Assembly: GCA_937892945.1 (NCBI GenBank)
Contig: CALBIL010000039.1
Span: forward strand, 5,272-69,271
Direction of reading: 5' to 3'
Source: an uncultured euryarchaeote
Lineage (GTDB): Archaea; Thermoplasmatota; Poseidoniia; Poseidoniales; Poseidoniaceae
DNA length: 64,000 bases
Each line of letters starts with the position of its first letter. Within the stretch, counting starts at the first letter, position 1. The translations under genes and the position numbers were made by a program. Under the pieces are notes generated by a model. That model searched no databases and was not told the DNA's origin. It saw nothing but the letters and a program-made list of their open reading frames with translations. Positions 10,075 through 20,525 of the stretch are shown here, in pieces.

Positions 10075-11298
10075 ATGTACGATGTCTTGGTAATTGGCGC
10101 TGGTCCCGGTGGAGGTTCCGCTGCACTCCATGCTGCTCGGGCAGGTTTGTCGACGCTGATTGTGGAGGCCGACCCGGAAGTTGGAACGCCTGTTCATTGC
10201 GGTGAATGCCTCAGTGAACTCGCCGTTGAAAATCTAGATCTTGAGATACCTGATCACGTAAAAGCACTCGATGTAAAGGGAATCCGGGTTATTTTCCCTG
10301 ATGGAACTGAGAAGTTGCTCACGGAGAAAGGATATGTCCTCGAAAAGCATCTCTTCGAACGATGGTTGTGTGATGAAGCCATCAAAGAAGGCGCTGAATT
10401 AAGCCTTCACCATCGCGTAACTTCAATGGAGAGAGTATTCAATAGCGAAAATCAATTTTCATATTGGGAAATTGATGGTAAAGGTGATGGTTTTCCGTTC
10501 GAATGCAAATCAGTAATCGATGCATCCGGAGTCTCGGGTGCTGCTTCCAAACTCCTTGACATGGGAACGGAAGTCGAAGTCATTGCTGGTTTCCAATACG
10601 AAATTTTGGATGTAAAGAATGATGGTTATCTCGACTTTTACCTCTGGCCCAAATATTCACCCCACGGCTATGTCTGGATGATTCCAAAAGAAGGTGGAAG
10701 AGCGAATGTTGGATTGGTGACGACCGATAAAAAGGGTGCAATCAAATATCTGAATTCCTTTATTCAAGACACCTACCTCGATGGTAAACCGACCGTTAAT
10801 CCACCTTGGCGACCCGATGGTGTCAAAGTACGACCCTTTGGTGGAACCATTCCAATCTCAGGCCCTCGTTCAGTTACGGTTGGCGATGGTTTGATTTTGA
10901 TCGGCGATGCTGCGGGTTTCACTTCACCCCTGTTTGAAGGTGGTTCACATCTGGCATTGTGGTCTGGTCGAGAGGCTGCGAAAACGATTTCTTCAGCATT
11001 ACAATCAGAATCAATACTTTCAAAAGACCGGTTAATGGATTACGAAAAGGCATGGAAGAAGACATTCCCGCCTTATTCAAAAATACTCAAAGGCAAAACT
11101 GCTTTGTATGAACTAACCGATGATGAAATGTCGATCATGGCTCGTTGTTTACCTGAAGAACTCGGTAACATGTCACCACTTCAGAAAGTTGGAATTGGAT
11201 TGAAAATCCTTGTCCGCAAACCAATGTTATTCACGAAAAGTGTGATTCATGTTCTCCTCTCTTTTGGTTATTCCCGAGCCAAGTTTTTCGGCTGGTGA
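10075..11298 (+). CDS. Geranylgeranyl reductase family (digeranylgeranylglycerophospholipid reductase)
   Basis: GAGPGG, PVHCGE, GYVWMIP, ANVG, IGDAAG..SPLFEGG. Confidence 0.88.
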   Translation: MYDVLVIGAGPGGGSAALHAARAGLSTLIVEADPEVGTPVHCGECLSELAVENLDLEIPDHVKALDVKGIRVIFPDGTEKLLTEKGYVLEKHLFERWLCDEAIKEGAELSLHHRVTSMERVFNSENQFSYWEIDGKGDGFPFECKSVIDASGVSGAASKLLDMGTEVEVIAGFQYEILDVKNDGYLDFYLWPKYSPHGYVWMIPKEGGRANVGLVTTDKKGAIKYLNSFIQDTYLDGKPTVNPPWRPDGVKVRPFGGTIPISGPRSVTVGDGLILIGDAAGFTSPLFEGGSHLALWSGREAAKTISSALQSESILSKDRLMDYEKAWKKTFPPYSKILKGKTALYELTDDEMSIMARCLPEELGNMSPLQKVGIGLKILVRKPMLFTKSVIHVLLSFGYSRAKFFGW

Positions 11299-11362
11299 AC
11301 ATTCACCATCTTGAAGGCTGAATACACGCAACCTCCTTGAGGGAGCGTCGTGTCCGTAATTC

Positions 11363-13990
11363 ATGTGGGGGCTAACGATGTGGCTTGCAATCTTCGCCGC
11401 AGTGGTGTTGTTGGTTCGTCCTCTACTTCATCAACAGTCTAAATTTGCTTCACTCACCTGCCATATTCTCATGGCTTTGCCGTTTTTTGCACTTGCAAGT
11501 CGTTTTCTCGTCAATGACACATCATTTGCTCATGTTGTTTCATACGGTGGTGAAGAACTTCCACTGAAATACAGGTTTGCTGCAACCTGGGCCGCTCGAG
11601 AAGGCCCACTTCTTCTTTGGGTCATGTGGATGACACTCCTTGCTTTTGTATGGAGAAAACCGATGGCGGGCGAAAACATCGAGACAACGCACCCTCTTCG
11701 ACTTCGTTTGATTTACGGTTTCAATCTCCTTCTCCTTCTGCTTGCTCTTAACCTCAACCCCTTCAAAGAAAGTACCAGTGCGGGTATTGGTCAAGGTTTG
11801 AATGAATTATTGCAAACCGACCTGATGGTTATTCACCCCCCTCTCATTTTCTTAGCATACTCATTGTGCCTCCACATAAGCTCAATCGCGCTTTCTTCTC
11901 AGTTTGCAGATTCGAGTGGAATTAAAGATCGCATACTGAGCATTGTCCGACCAGGTTTGTTTGTTGCCACACTTGGTATCGGTTTAGGTGGATTATGGGC
12001 ATATTTGATTCTCGATTGGGGTGGCTATTGGGCGTGGGACCCTGTTGAAACAGGTTCACTGTTACCTTGGCTTGCTTTGGTTTTCATGTCTCACCTTCGC
12101 ACTCGCCCAGGAAAGACATCAGAGCAAACTTGGATTGGAGCCGGATTGGCAACAGGGGGCCTGGCCTTGTTTGCAACACTTGTGACACGTGCTGGTGGAG
12201 TTTGGGCATCCTCAGTTCATACTTTTGTCACCAGTTCAGAAGGCACTGCGCCTACAGATGCCTTTTCGCGAATGTTGGTTCTTAAATCGGATGCAGGGGG
12301 GGGGGTCGAGGTAATGACTTACCTGATTGTACTGCTGCTTTTTATCGGTTTTTGGCTTCAGTTACAACGCAGTTCCGCAAAAGATTGGAAACCAAATATC
12401 TCTTCACTTGGCCTTTTTGCCATACCTTTCCTCGGTGTTGTCTGTGCCTTGATTCTCGGTGCTTATATCGACCAATCTTGTGACTCTTCCTCACCCTCTC
12501 CCTGCTCAGTCACTCTTGAGGCTACGATCTATGCCTATCTCCCATCATTCGCATTCACTTTCATTCTTTTCGCTCCACTCGGAATTGAGTTTTTACGCAG
12601 CCCCCCTCCCAAGCAATCAACAGAAATCGGCTGGAGTTTCACCACCTTTGCACAATCAGGGGAAAAAGATCGAACGAATTTTTTGTTTTTGATTCTTATC
12701 CTCATTGCTATACTCGTATTCGGACTGACAGATAACTTCCTCTATACTGCTCTCTTTTTAATTTTCTTCACACCCCTCTTTTTTGCTCAAGATGCAACGA
12801 GGCTATGGGCACACGGTGCAGCTGGGGTCATGCTCGGTCTTGCAGGTGCTTGGTCAGGGATGATCGAAATCCTTTCAGCAGGTGTGGTCATGATGTTTTT
12901 CATCCTCCCATGGCTTCTGGCACCTGAATCGGATGAGCCGTCAACATTTTCATTCTTCGAGAAGAAATCTCAACAAAAAATGGCACTCTGGGCCTCTGTT
13001 GTTGTTGTTGGAAGTTACTTGATTCTCACACTTGTTCTTCTTCTTTCCAGTATTGACGCAATCAATTTCGAGGGGCACGAATTGTATGGCACCCCGTTCA
13101 TCATCGCATTTGCTGGCGCTTTATTCTTGTACACCAATCGACGGCATGAGGCAAAACGTAATGCTTGGCTCCTCATTGTGACTCTCTTTGTTTCAATGGT
13201 GTTGGCTTTATGGCAGCCGAATGCGTTCGGTATGGATTCAAGCACTGCAATGTCGACGCTTATTGTACGGGGCGTTCTTGCATGGCTCACCCTCCCTATC
13301 GTCATTCTCGTCGTCATTCCAATGGTAAAAGAAGTCGTTATCACTCAAGGAATCAATCGTCCTAAAACTCCGGTCTGGAAGCGAATTCCTCTTGGAGCAC
13401 ATATCGTTCATCTCGGGCTCTTACTGTTGTTAATTGGACACGTCTATACAACTGTCCTTGTCGACAGAGGCGATGCAAGTCATCGAATTACCATGGTTAA
13501 GGATGAAATTGTTCTCGATGGTGATTATGGCTACGAATTCACTGGCTTACGAATGACTTCGGAAAACCTTGAGGTTGGTGATGGCTATGTAGGGATTCAA
13601 ATTAATGTCTATGAACTTGATGAAGGCATGGTCGGTGAGAAAATTGGTACAGTTGAACCAGGCATGTTACGGTTTGACATCACGACAGAGAGCGGTTTTG
13701 TGCTTCAATCGAAATCACGTTCTGAAGTCGATATTCTCTCACATTGGAGCGGAGATATAGTCTTCGTTTTTGATGGAAGTCAAGCCAATGGGTTAATGCA
13801 ACAAACCGTACAGAACGGCTCTGACTCTGTTCAACTTGTTCGCGTAACGGTCTACGACCTTCCAGCCTCCCACATGGTTTGGCTCGGCTGGACGATGATG
13901 TTGCTGGGAATGGGCGTGGTTGTTCTGGGAGACATTTCCAAAAACGAACGACTGAATACGATTCCTGTCGCTTCAAGGGAAGAAGAGTGA
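11363..13990 (+). CDS. ccmF: Cytochrome c heme lyase CcmF (long form)
   Basis: REGPLLLW, GLNELLQ..MVIHPP, WGGYWAWDPVE, SVHTF, AHIVHLG. Confidence 0.93.
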   Translation: MWGLTMWLAIFAAVVLLVRPLLHQQSKFASLTCHILMALPFFALASRFLVNDTSFAHVVSYGGEELPLKYRFAATWAAREGPLLLWVMWMTLLAFVWRKPMAGENIETTHPLRLRLIYGFNLLLLLLALNLNPFKESTSAGIGQGLNELLQTDLMVIHPPLIFLAYSLCLHISSIALSSQFADSSGIKDRILSIVRPGLFVATLGIGLGGLWAYLILDWGGYWAWDPVETGSLLPWLALVFMSHLRTRPGKTSEQTWIGAGLATGGLALFATLVTRAGGVWASSVHTFVTSSEGTAPTDAFSRMLVLKSDAGGGVEVMTYLIVLLLFIGFWLQLQRSSAKDWKPNISSLGLFAIPFLGVVCALILGAYIDQSCDSSSPSPCSVTLEATIYAYLPSFAFTFILFAPLGIEFLRSPPPKQSTEIGWSFTTFAQSGEKDRTNFLFLILILIAILVFGLTDNFLYTALFLIFFTPLFFAQDATRLWAHGAAGVMLGLAGAWSGMIEILSAGVVMMFFILPWLLAPESDEPSTFSFFEKKSQQKMALWASVVVVGSYLILTLVLLLSSIDAINFEGHELYGTPFIIAFAGALFLYTNRRHEAKRNAWLLIVTLFVSMVLALWQPNAFGMDSSTAMSTLIVRGVLAWLTLPIVILVVIPMVKEVVITQGINRPKTPVWKRIPLGAHIVHLGLLLLLIGHVYTTVLVDRGDASHRITMVKDEIVLDGDYGYEFTGLRMTSENLEVGDGYVGIQINVYELDEGMVGEKIGTVEPGMLRFDITTESGFVLQSKSRSEVDILSHWSGDIVFVFDGSQANGLMQQTVQNGSDSVQLVRVTVYDLPASHMVWLGWTMMLLGMGVVVLGDISKNERLNTIPVASREEE
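12296..12305 (+). repeat. G10 homopolymer inside ccmF (in frame, codes GGG-V)
   Basis: gatgca-gggggggggg-tcgag. Confidence 0.95.
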
Positions 13991-14060
13991 ACAACTTCTT
14001 CTCCAATGCAATTATCAAGGGGGCGACGGTCGCCGAACTACCCGAAAGGGAGGTTATACT

Positions 14061-14939
14061 ATGGAAGAAGGAACAATTGTCCACGTGGATTATGAACTTT
14101 ACAACAATGAAACTGGTGATCTCATCGAGACAACCCGTGAAGCAGTCGCCAAAGAACACGAAAATCATCAGGAGGGTCGTACCTACGAACCAATGGTCTG
14201 TATCGTCGGTGGCGGACAACTTATTCCTGGATTTGAAGCAGCACTTGGTGAAGCAAAGAAAGGGAAGGAAACAGAAATCGTTATCGCTCCAGCAGATGCT
14301 TATGGAGAAAAAGACACTGAACAAATCGAAACCATTAGTATCGATAAACTCATTCGAGCAGTTAAAGACCCAAATTCACTCTATCTCGGTGCTCCTGTGA
14401 CCATCAACGGTCGCCAAGGACAACTCTCCTACCTCGCAGCAGGTCGTGCACGAATTGACTACAATCACCCAATGGCTGGTAAGTCTCTCAAATATTCATT
14501 CAACATTGTTGATGTTATTGAAGGAAAAGAGGACAAGGTTACCGCTCTTCTCCAAGCAAATACTGGGCATTCTGGTTTTGAAGTAAGTTTCTCTGGAGAC
14601 GACCTTTCAATCGTATTGCCACAAACCATGCTCTTCGATACCAATGCGGCCATGCTCAAGTTCCGCTTGGTTACTACAATCAGAGATGCAATCGAATGTG
14701 GCAAGGTTTCGTTTATCGAAGTCCACGAACCTCGTGGATTCGGTGCTGAAGACGACCATGACCATGATCATGCAGACCATGACCACGACCATGACGGTCA
14801 CGACCACGGTCATGACCATGCTGAAGACCTCTCCTCTCTTTCCGTTGCTGAACTTAAGGAACGTTGCAAGGCTGCAGGCTTACCTGTTGGCGGCAAGAAA
14901 GCAGATTTAGTCGCTCGTCTTTCACAAGAAGAAGAGTGA
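14061..14939 (+). CDS. slyD: Long-type FKBP peptidyl-prolyl isomerase (SlyD-like) with His/Asp-rich linker and C-terminal SAP domain
   Basis: LIPGFEAAL, AYGE, DYNHPMAGK; DHDHDH tract; LSVAELKERCKAAGLPVGGKKADLVARL. Confidence 0.9.
   Translation: MEEGTIVHVDYELYNNETGDLIETTREAVAKEHENHQEGRTYEPMVCIVGGGQLIPGFEAALGEAKKGKETEIVIAPADAYGEKDTEQIETISIDKLIRAVKDPNSLYLGAPVTINGRQGQLSYLAAGRARIDYNHPMAGKSLKYSFNIVDVIEGKEDKVTALLQANTGHSGFEVSFSGDDLSIVLPQTMLFDTNAAMLKFRLVTTIRDAIECGKVSFIEVHEPRGFGAEDDHDHDHADHDHDHDGHDHGHDHAEDLSSLSVAELKERCKAAGLPVGGKKADLVARLSQEEE
14752..14821 (+). repeat. Imperfect GAC-CAY coding repeat (His/Asp tract)
   Basis: gaccatgaccatgatcat...gaccacgaccatgacggtcacgaccacggtcatgaccat. Confidence 0.9.
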
Positions 14940-15020
14940 ACTGGTTTCTCCTTCAATTGAAGTGTTCACCAGCATTCGGCCCCAAAAGATATTGAGGAGA
15001 AACTCGAGGCAAGAACAGGG

Positions 15021-16415
15021 ATGACCATGTCGAATCTTGAGCATCTTGAGCAACAACTTGCGTCAGAGTACCCTTCATTACCTTCCAAACAGTATTCTAC
15101 GTTTGAGAAAAGCGCATTATGGATTACTCTTCTCGGTCTCGGCCTTTTTGCCACAGGATTTGTACTCGCCAATGATTTGATTTGGACAGACGGCCTCAAG
15201 CCGATCGTTTGGGACCCAATCATGAAAGATGCAGGTTCAGCAGGAGATGCTGATTACAACCCGATGAATACAATGCTTTACACCTTCAGTATGCTGGCCA
15301 GTGTTGTTGTTCTACAAGCTCTCTTCCGAAAAGCAAACTTTCCTGCTGATGACCGCATGCTTGTGGCACTTGTAGCATGGGTTTGCCTGGCACCAGTGTT
15401 GCGGGTTTTGGAAGATGCAGATTTTTTCAGTTCGGAAATGGATTGGTTGTTTATCTCTCCTATTATCCACCTCCATCTTGCCGCTTGGCTTGTTGGAATT
15501 GCAGGCCTCTCGCACTATCTGGCTTCGCAGTGGGATGGAAACGATTCTGATCGTATCGAAAATAAAATTCGTAAGGCAATGATTCCTGTTCTTTCCCTGG
15601 CATTGTTTTTCCATTGGGCTTTCTTGTACCAGCCTGCATATATCGCTCACGAAGGAATGGGGATGTTTTGGATCGGAATTGGTTTCGTTGTATCTTTCAT
15701 TACTCTGTTTGGTGTCATGATCAAAACTCGAGGTTGGCCAGCAATCACGAGAGGAATGCTCGCTTTTGGCACCTCTGCAAGTATTCTTGGTATCGCACAT
15801 TGGCTTCAATTTCTTTCTACGCCGTGGGCGCAAGAAAGTTCACGTATTTCTGAAACGATTGTACTCTGGCCGCTGGTTGTGGTCTTTGGAATCCCGAGCC
15901 TGGTTTGCTATGTAATGTACCGACGAGGGAAAGAGGATGCCCTACAACTCAAACTCACCGGATATGAAGCGGGAGTTCTTCCACAAGGAATAAGTGTCAA
16001 AGCTTGGGAAAATGCAGGCGATGAACTGCAAAACCATCCTGTTGAAATGCTCTCTCGAAATGCTCTTCTCGCCAGTCCTATGGTTTTGGCAATGGTCTTT
16101 GGGCAGTTATGTGATGGATTTGCAACCATGGTCGGAATCGATTACTTTGGATACGGTGAGAAGCATGTAGTCAGTAATCAGGTCATTCTTTATGGTGCGG
16201 AAATCAATTCGATGCTGGGGGTTGAATTCGGTGAAGGCGCTTGGTTATTCGTACTTTTGAAAGCGGCTTTAGTTGGTGCAATTACGTGGATGTTTATTGA
16301 AATGAAAGTTGAAAATAGACAACGACATATCCGTATTCTCATTGTTTTAGCAGTTCTCATCGTTGGATTAGCCCCGGGATTGCGAGACATTGGCCGACTG
16401 ATGCTTGGAGTTTGA
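15021..16415 (+). CDS. DUF63-like polytopic membrane protein
   Basis: YNPMNT, LRVLEDA, LFISPIIH, DGFAT..GID..GYGEKHV, GLAPGLRD. Confidence 0.78.
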   Translation: MTMSNLEHLEQQLASEYPSLPSKQYSTFEKSALWITLLGLGLFATGFVLANDLIWTDGLKPIVWDPIMKDAGSAGDADYNPMNTMLYTFSMLASVVVLQALFRKANFPADDRMLVALVAWVCLAPVLRVLEDADFFSSEMDWLFISPIIHLHLAAWLVGIAGLSHYLASQWDGNDSDRIENKIRKAMIPVLSLALFFHWAFLYQPAYIAHEGMGMFWIGIGFVVSFITLFGVMIKTRGWPAITRGMLAFGTSASILGIAHWLQFLSTPWAQESSRISETIVLWPLVVVFGIPSLVCYVMYRRGKEDALQLKLTGYEAGVLPQGISVKAWENAGDELQNHPVEMLSRNALLASPMVLAMVFGQLCDGFATMVGIDYFGYGEKHVVSNQVILYGAEINSMLGVEFGEGAWLFVLLKAALVGAITWMFIEMKVENRQRHIRILIVLAVLIVGLAPGLRDIGRLMLGV

Positions 16416-16489
16416 ATCTTAAAGTTCCAATAATTCTTCTGTAGTAGTGTTAAAGACATCCTCCACCTCCCTCGGTATGAGGGGTGAAT

Positions 16490-18100
16490 ATGGACCGATT
16501 ACCTACCCGAGTGAATCGCAGCAACCCTGAGTTCGTAGAACACAAAGTGTTCAATCAAGCCCTTCTCGATACCTTACAGGAACGTTTGACAGTCGCATCA
16601 AACGGCGGCGGGGGCAAATATGTTGATCGTCACCGAAGCCGTGACAAATTGCTCGCTCGAGAACGAATTGAACGTATCATCGACTCTGGGACGGCTTTCT
16701 TAGAACTTTCACCACTTGCTGCGTTCGAACTGTATGATGGTCGTGCGCATTCGGCAGGTATTGTCACTGGTGTTGGGATGGTGCACGGCCGTGAATGTCT
16801 TTTTGTTGCCAATGATGCTACTGTCAAAGGTGGTTCGTACTATCCAATGACCGTAAAGAAACACATCCGTGCTCAAACCGTTGCGCATGAAAACCATTTA
16901 CCATGTATCTACCTTGTCGACTCGGGTGGTGCATTCCTTCCAATGCAAGATGAAGTGTTCCCTGACATCGGTCACTTTGGGCGTATCTTTCGTAATCAAG
17001 CCCGTATGTCGGGCGACAAAATACCGCAAATTGCTGCCGTATTGGGCTCGTGCACCGCAGGCGGCGCCTATGTCCCAGCAATGAGTGATGAATCAATTAT
17101 CGTCAAAGGCAATGGTACTATTTTCCTTGCAGGTCCACCATTGGTAAAGGCTGCAACTGGTGAAGAAGTAACGGCTGAGGAACTGGGTGGGGCAGAAGTC
17201 CATACATCACAATCCGGCGTGGCTGACCATTATGCTGAAGATGAAACTGAGGCGCTACGAATGGTTCGAAACATCGTTGAGAACCTCGGGCCCCGAACGC
17301 TTGCACCTTCCGCGAGCGCACCATCTGAACTTCCCGCTCACGATGTCGATGATTTACTGGGCTTGATTCCAAGTGATAACCGTACACCGGTGGACATTAA
17401 GGAAATAATCGCACGAATCGTCGACGGTTCACGTTTCCATGAATTCAAGTCTCGCTACGGCACAACCTTGACTTGTGGTTTTGCACATATTCACGGACAT
17501 AAGGTTGGCATTGTTGCCAATAACGGTATTTTGTTTTCTGAATCTTCTTTGAAAGGTGCTCACTTTGTGGAGCTGTGCGGCCAACGCGGCATACCTTTGG
17601 TGTTCTTACAGAACATCACTGGATTCATGGTTGGGAAAGCATACGAAGCCGGTGGTATTGCAAAAGATGGTGCTAAATTGGTTACTGCAGTCTCTTGTGT
17701 CAATGTTCCAAAGTTCACCGTCATCATTGGTGGTTCTCACGGTGCGGGGAATTACGGCATGTGTGGTCGTGCTTATGACCCACGCTTCTTATTCATGTGG
17801 CCAAACAGTCGGATTTCAGTCATGGGTGGGCCTCAAGCTGCCGATGTATTAGCGACAGTCAAACAAGACCAACGCGCCCGAGAAGGTCTCCCAGCAATGA
17901 CTGGAGAAGAACTCGAAATTTTCCGAGCCCCCATTTTAGAGAAATATGAAACCGAGGGAAGTCCATATTATTCAACAGCCCGACTTTGGGATGATGGAAT
18001 CATCGATCCGCGCGATACTCGAGATGTGCTGGGATTGTGTTTGGCAACAGCACGCAATGCACCTCTACCCGATGACCGCTTTGGCGTATTCCGGATGTGA
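16490..18100 (+). CDS. mccB: 3-methylcrotonyl-CoA carboxylase beta (carboxyltransferase) subunit
   Basis: [58 protein letters not shown]. Confidence 0.95.
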   Translation: MDRLPTRVNRSNPEFVEHKVFNQALLDTLQERLTVASNGGGGKYVDRHRSRDKLLARERIERIIDSGTAFLELSPLAAFELYDGRAHSAGIVTGVGMVHGRECLFVANDATVKGGSYYPMTVKKHIRAQTVAHENHLPCIYLVDSGGAFLPMQDEVFPDIGHFGRIFRNQARMSGDKIPQIAAVLGSCTAGGAYVPAMSDESIIVKGNGTIFLAGPPLVKAATGEEVTAEELGGAEVHTSQSGVADHYAEDETEALRMVRNIVENLGPRTLAPSASAPSELPAHDVDDLLGLIPSDNRTPVDIKEIIARIVDGSRFHEFKSRYGTTLTCGFAHIHGHKVGIVANNGILFSESSLKGAHFVELCGQRGIPLVFLQNITGFMVGKAYEAGGIAKDGAKLVTAVSCVNVPKFTVIIGGSHGAGNYGMCGRAYDPRFLFMWPNSRISVMGGPQAADVLATVKQDQRAREGLPAMTGEELEIFRAPILEKYETEGSPYYSTARLWDDGIIDPRDTRDVLGLCLATARNAPLPDDRFGVFRM

Positions 18101-18146
18101 ATAATTAGTCAATTAGAAAATCAAAAATGCAATTGGAGTTTTTAAG

Positions 18147-19004
18147 ATGGTACGAATGGATACGCCACCCAAAACTGAGTTGGTCACAATCGAGATTAAC
18201 AACTCGGGATGCCACATTAAATTAGATCGAGAAGACAAGTTCAATGCATTGAATGTACAAATGATAACGGAGTTGTGTACTTTGTTTGATTGGACCTCCC
18301 AACGCAGTGTTGGAGTCCAAGGTGAACTCACTGATTCTGCGGGAGTACCGTTTCTTCGAACTCTTGTCCTTTCGGGCTCGGGGCGACATTTCTGTGCAGG
18401 TGCTGACATTAACATGATGCGTGATGCTGGAGCCAATTCGCCAGAAGAGAACCGAATCGATTCTGAGCGACTTGACCGTCTTTTCAATGGATTGTGGTCA
18501 CATCCGTGTTTCACAATTGGGGCGATCCAAGGTGTTGCCTTAGGCGGTGGAGCGGGCCTTGTAGCCTGCTTGGACCATGTTATTGCAACATCAAACGTAA
18601 AAATCGCTCTTTCAGAAGGTAAACTTGGAATTCTCCCTGCAGTCATTGGACCCTATGTATACCGACGTCTTGGCTCTGCATGTTTTCGTAGACTTGCAAT
18701 GCAAGCCAGTCGAATCGAAGCAGAGGAAGCACTTCGAACTGGATTTATTGAAGCAGTGGTCGAATCGGTCGATGACCTCTCACCTGCTGTTACTGCCTTG
18801 ATTGAGGAAGTATTGGGTACAGGGCCACAAGCAGTAACGCTGGCCAAAGAACTCACCCTTGAATTTGACCGATGGGGTGGCAGTGATGAAGAATTACGAG
18901 AATTCACTCTCGACTTTACCAGCCGTATGCGAGGTTCAAAAGAAGGCCAAGAAGGTCTTTCTTCGTTCCTCGACAAGCGTCCTGCAAACTGGAAACACGA
19001 ATGA
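18147..19004 (+). CDS. liuC: Enoyl-CoA hydratase family, probable methylglutaconyl-CoA hydratase
   Basis: FCAGADI, ALGGGAGL, LSEGKLGILPAVIGPYV, EGQEGLSSFLDKR; operon context. Confidence 0.85.
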   Translation: MVRMDTPPKTELVTIEINNSGCHIKLDREDKFNALNVQMITELCTLFDWTSQRSVGVQGELTDSAGVPFLRTLVLSGSGRHFCAGADINMMRDAGANSPEENRIDSERLDRLFNGLWSHPCFTIGAIQGVALGGGAGLVACLDHVIATSNVKIALSEGKLGILPAVIGPYVYRRLGSACFRRLAMQASRIEAEEALRTGFIEAVVESVDDLSPAVTALIEEVLGTGPQAVTLAKELTLEFDRWGGSDEELREFTLDFTSRMRGSKEGQEGLSSFLDKRPANWKHE

Positions 19005-19013
19005 GGGAACGGG

Positions 19014-20525
19014 ATGGTTAGCAAAGTCTTGGTTGCAAATCGAGGTGAAATCGCTTGCCGAATTTTACGAGCCTGTAAAGAAGCAGGTCTTGCTAGTGTT
19101 GCGATTTATGCTGCTAACGATGCCAATTCATTGTTTGTCGAACTCGCGGACCATGCCGTTCTTCTGGAAGGAGACTCGATTACCGACACATATCTAAATC
19201 AAACACAAATTTTGGAAATTGCAGCAACTTCTGGTGCTGATTCCTTACATCCTGGTTTTGGTTTCCTTTCCGAGCGTGCAGATTTTGCACGTGCGGTATC
19301 CGAAGCAGGAATTCAATGGATCGGGCCAAGTCCGAATGCAATCGAAAAAATGGGCGATAAAATGTCGGCTCGAATCACCATGAGAAATGCAGGTGTACCT
19401 GTCATTCCTGGGGAAGAAATTGAGACTGAAGATGAGGAGGAAGCCCTCATTGCCATTGAACAAGCCAGCACTCGCGTCGGTTACCCCTTGCTCTTGAAGG
19501 CATCATCTGGCGGAGGCGGGAAAGGAATGCGTGCGGTGAACCGTCCCGAAGATTTACTCGACGCAGCCCGAAGCGCACGCAGAGAAGCCTTGGCATCCTT
19601 TGGTGATGGGCGAGTCTATCTCGAGCGATTACTCACGGGTTCAAAGCATGTTGAAATTCAAATCTTAGCCGACCGACATGGCCGTACAATCCATCTTGGT
19701 GAACGTGAATGCAGTGTTCAACGCCGTCATCAAAAAGTGTTTGAAGAAGCTCCATGCGCTACTATGACTGAAGAAATACGTTTTGCAATGGGTAAAGCTG
19801 CTGTTGCCGCTGCCATGGCAGTCAATTATGAAGGTGCAGGCACGGTTGAATTCTTACTTGCACCAACAGGAGAGTTCTTTTTCCTTGAAATGAACACTCG
19901 CATTCAGGTTGAACATCCGGTAACGGAAATGATTACCGGCGTCGATATTGTCCGAGAACAACTGCGTATCGCAGCAGGTGAGCCAATGTCCTGCGGTGAA
20001 TTACATCTTCGCGGACATGCTATAGAAGTTCGATTATATGCAGAAGATGCAGCAAATAATTTCCTGCCGGCAATTGGACCACTTGCAGTATTCCAACCAC
20101 CTGAAGGTCCAGGAATACGTTTGGATACTGGCGTTCGACAAGGGGATGAAGTTACACCAAATTACGACCCAATGCTTGCGAAATTGATTGTTTGGGCTCC
20201 TTCACGTGTTGAAGCATTGCAACGAATGCGCCGTTCACTCGACGAATTTGTTGTTCTTGGGACGGTTACAAATCTCCGATTTTTAAGAGAACTTTGCGAT
20301 GTTCCTGATGTCATCCAAGGAACAACAGACACCACGATGATTGAGCGACTGTGGCCTGAAGGCTGGGCGCCATCGGTGCCTGATGAATTGGAAGAAGGCG
20401 CACTCATGGCAGCTGCCGTTGGTGAAAGTGCAGGCTTACATCGCCAAGCAACATCCGCACCTGACGCCGTTGGACATTCGGGGCCAGTGAGCCCATTTAT
20501 TACGCTGAAACGGAGGTATCCTTGA
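19014..20525 (+). CDS. Biotin carboxylase subunit of acyl-CoA (methylcrotonyl-CoA) carboxylase
   Basis: ANRGEIA, HPGFGFLSE, GGGGKGM, ERECSVQRRHQK, EMNTRIQVEHPVTE. Confidence 0.93.
   Translation: MVSKVLVANRGEIACRILRACKEAGLASVAIYAANDANSLFVELADHAVLLEGDSITDTYLNQTQILEIAATSGADSLHPGFGFLSERADFARAVSEAGIQWIGPSPNAIEKMGDKMSARITMRNAGVPVIPGEEIETEDEEEALIAIEQASTRVGYPLLLKASSGGGGKGMRAVNRPEDLLDAARSARREALASFGDGRVYLERLLTGSKHVEIQILADRHGRTIHLGERECSVQRRHQKVFEEAPCATMTEEIRFAMGKAAVAAAMAVNYEGAGTVEFLLAPTGEFFFLEMNTRIQVEHPVTEMITGVDIVREQLRIAAGEPMSCGELHLRGHAIEVRLYAEDAANNFLPAIGPLAVFQPPEGPGIRLDTGVRQGDEVTPNYDPMLAKLIVWAPSRVEALQRMRRSLDEFVVLGTVTNLRFLRELCDVPDVIQGTTDTTMIERLWPEGWAPSVPDELEEGALMAAAVGESAGLHRQATSAPDAVGHSGPVSPFITLKRRYP

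Noticed and set aside
13680..14400. Overlapping 214-aa (-) and 173-aa (+) ORFs across ccmF/slyD
   Set aside because: Shadow frames of well-supported genes with no recognisable motifs; the same applies to the other short antisense ORFs
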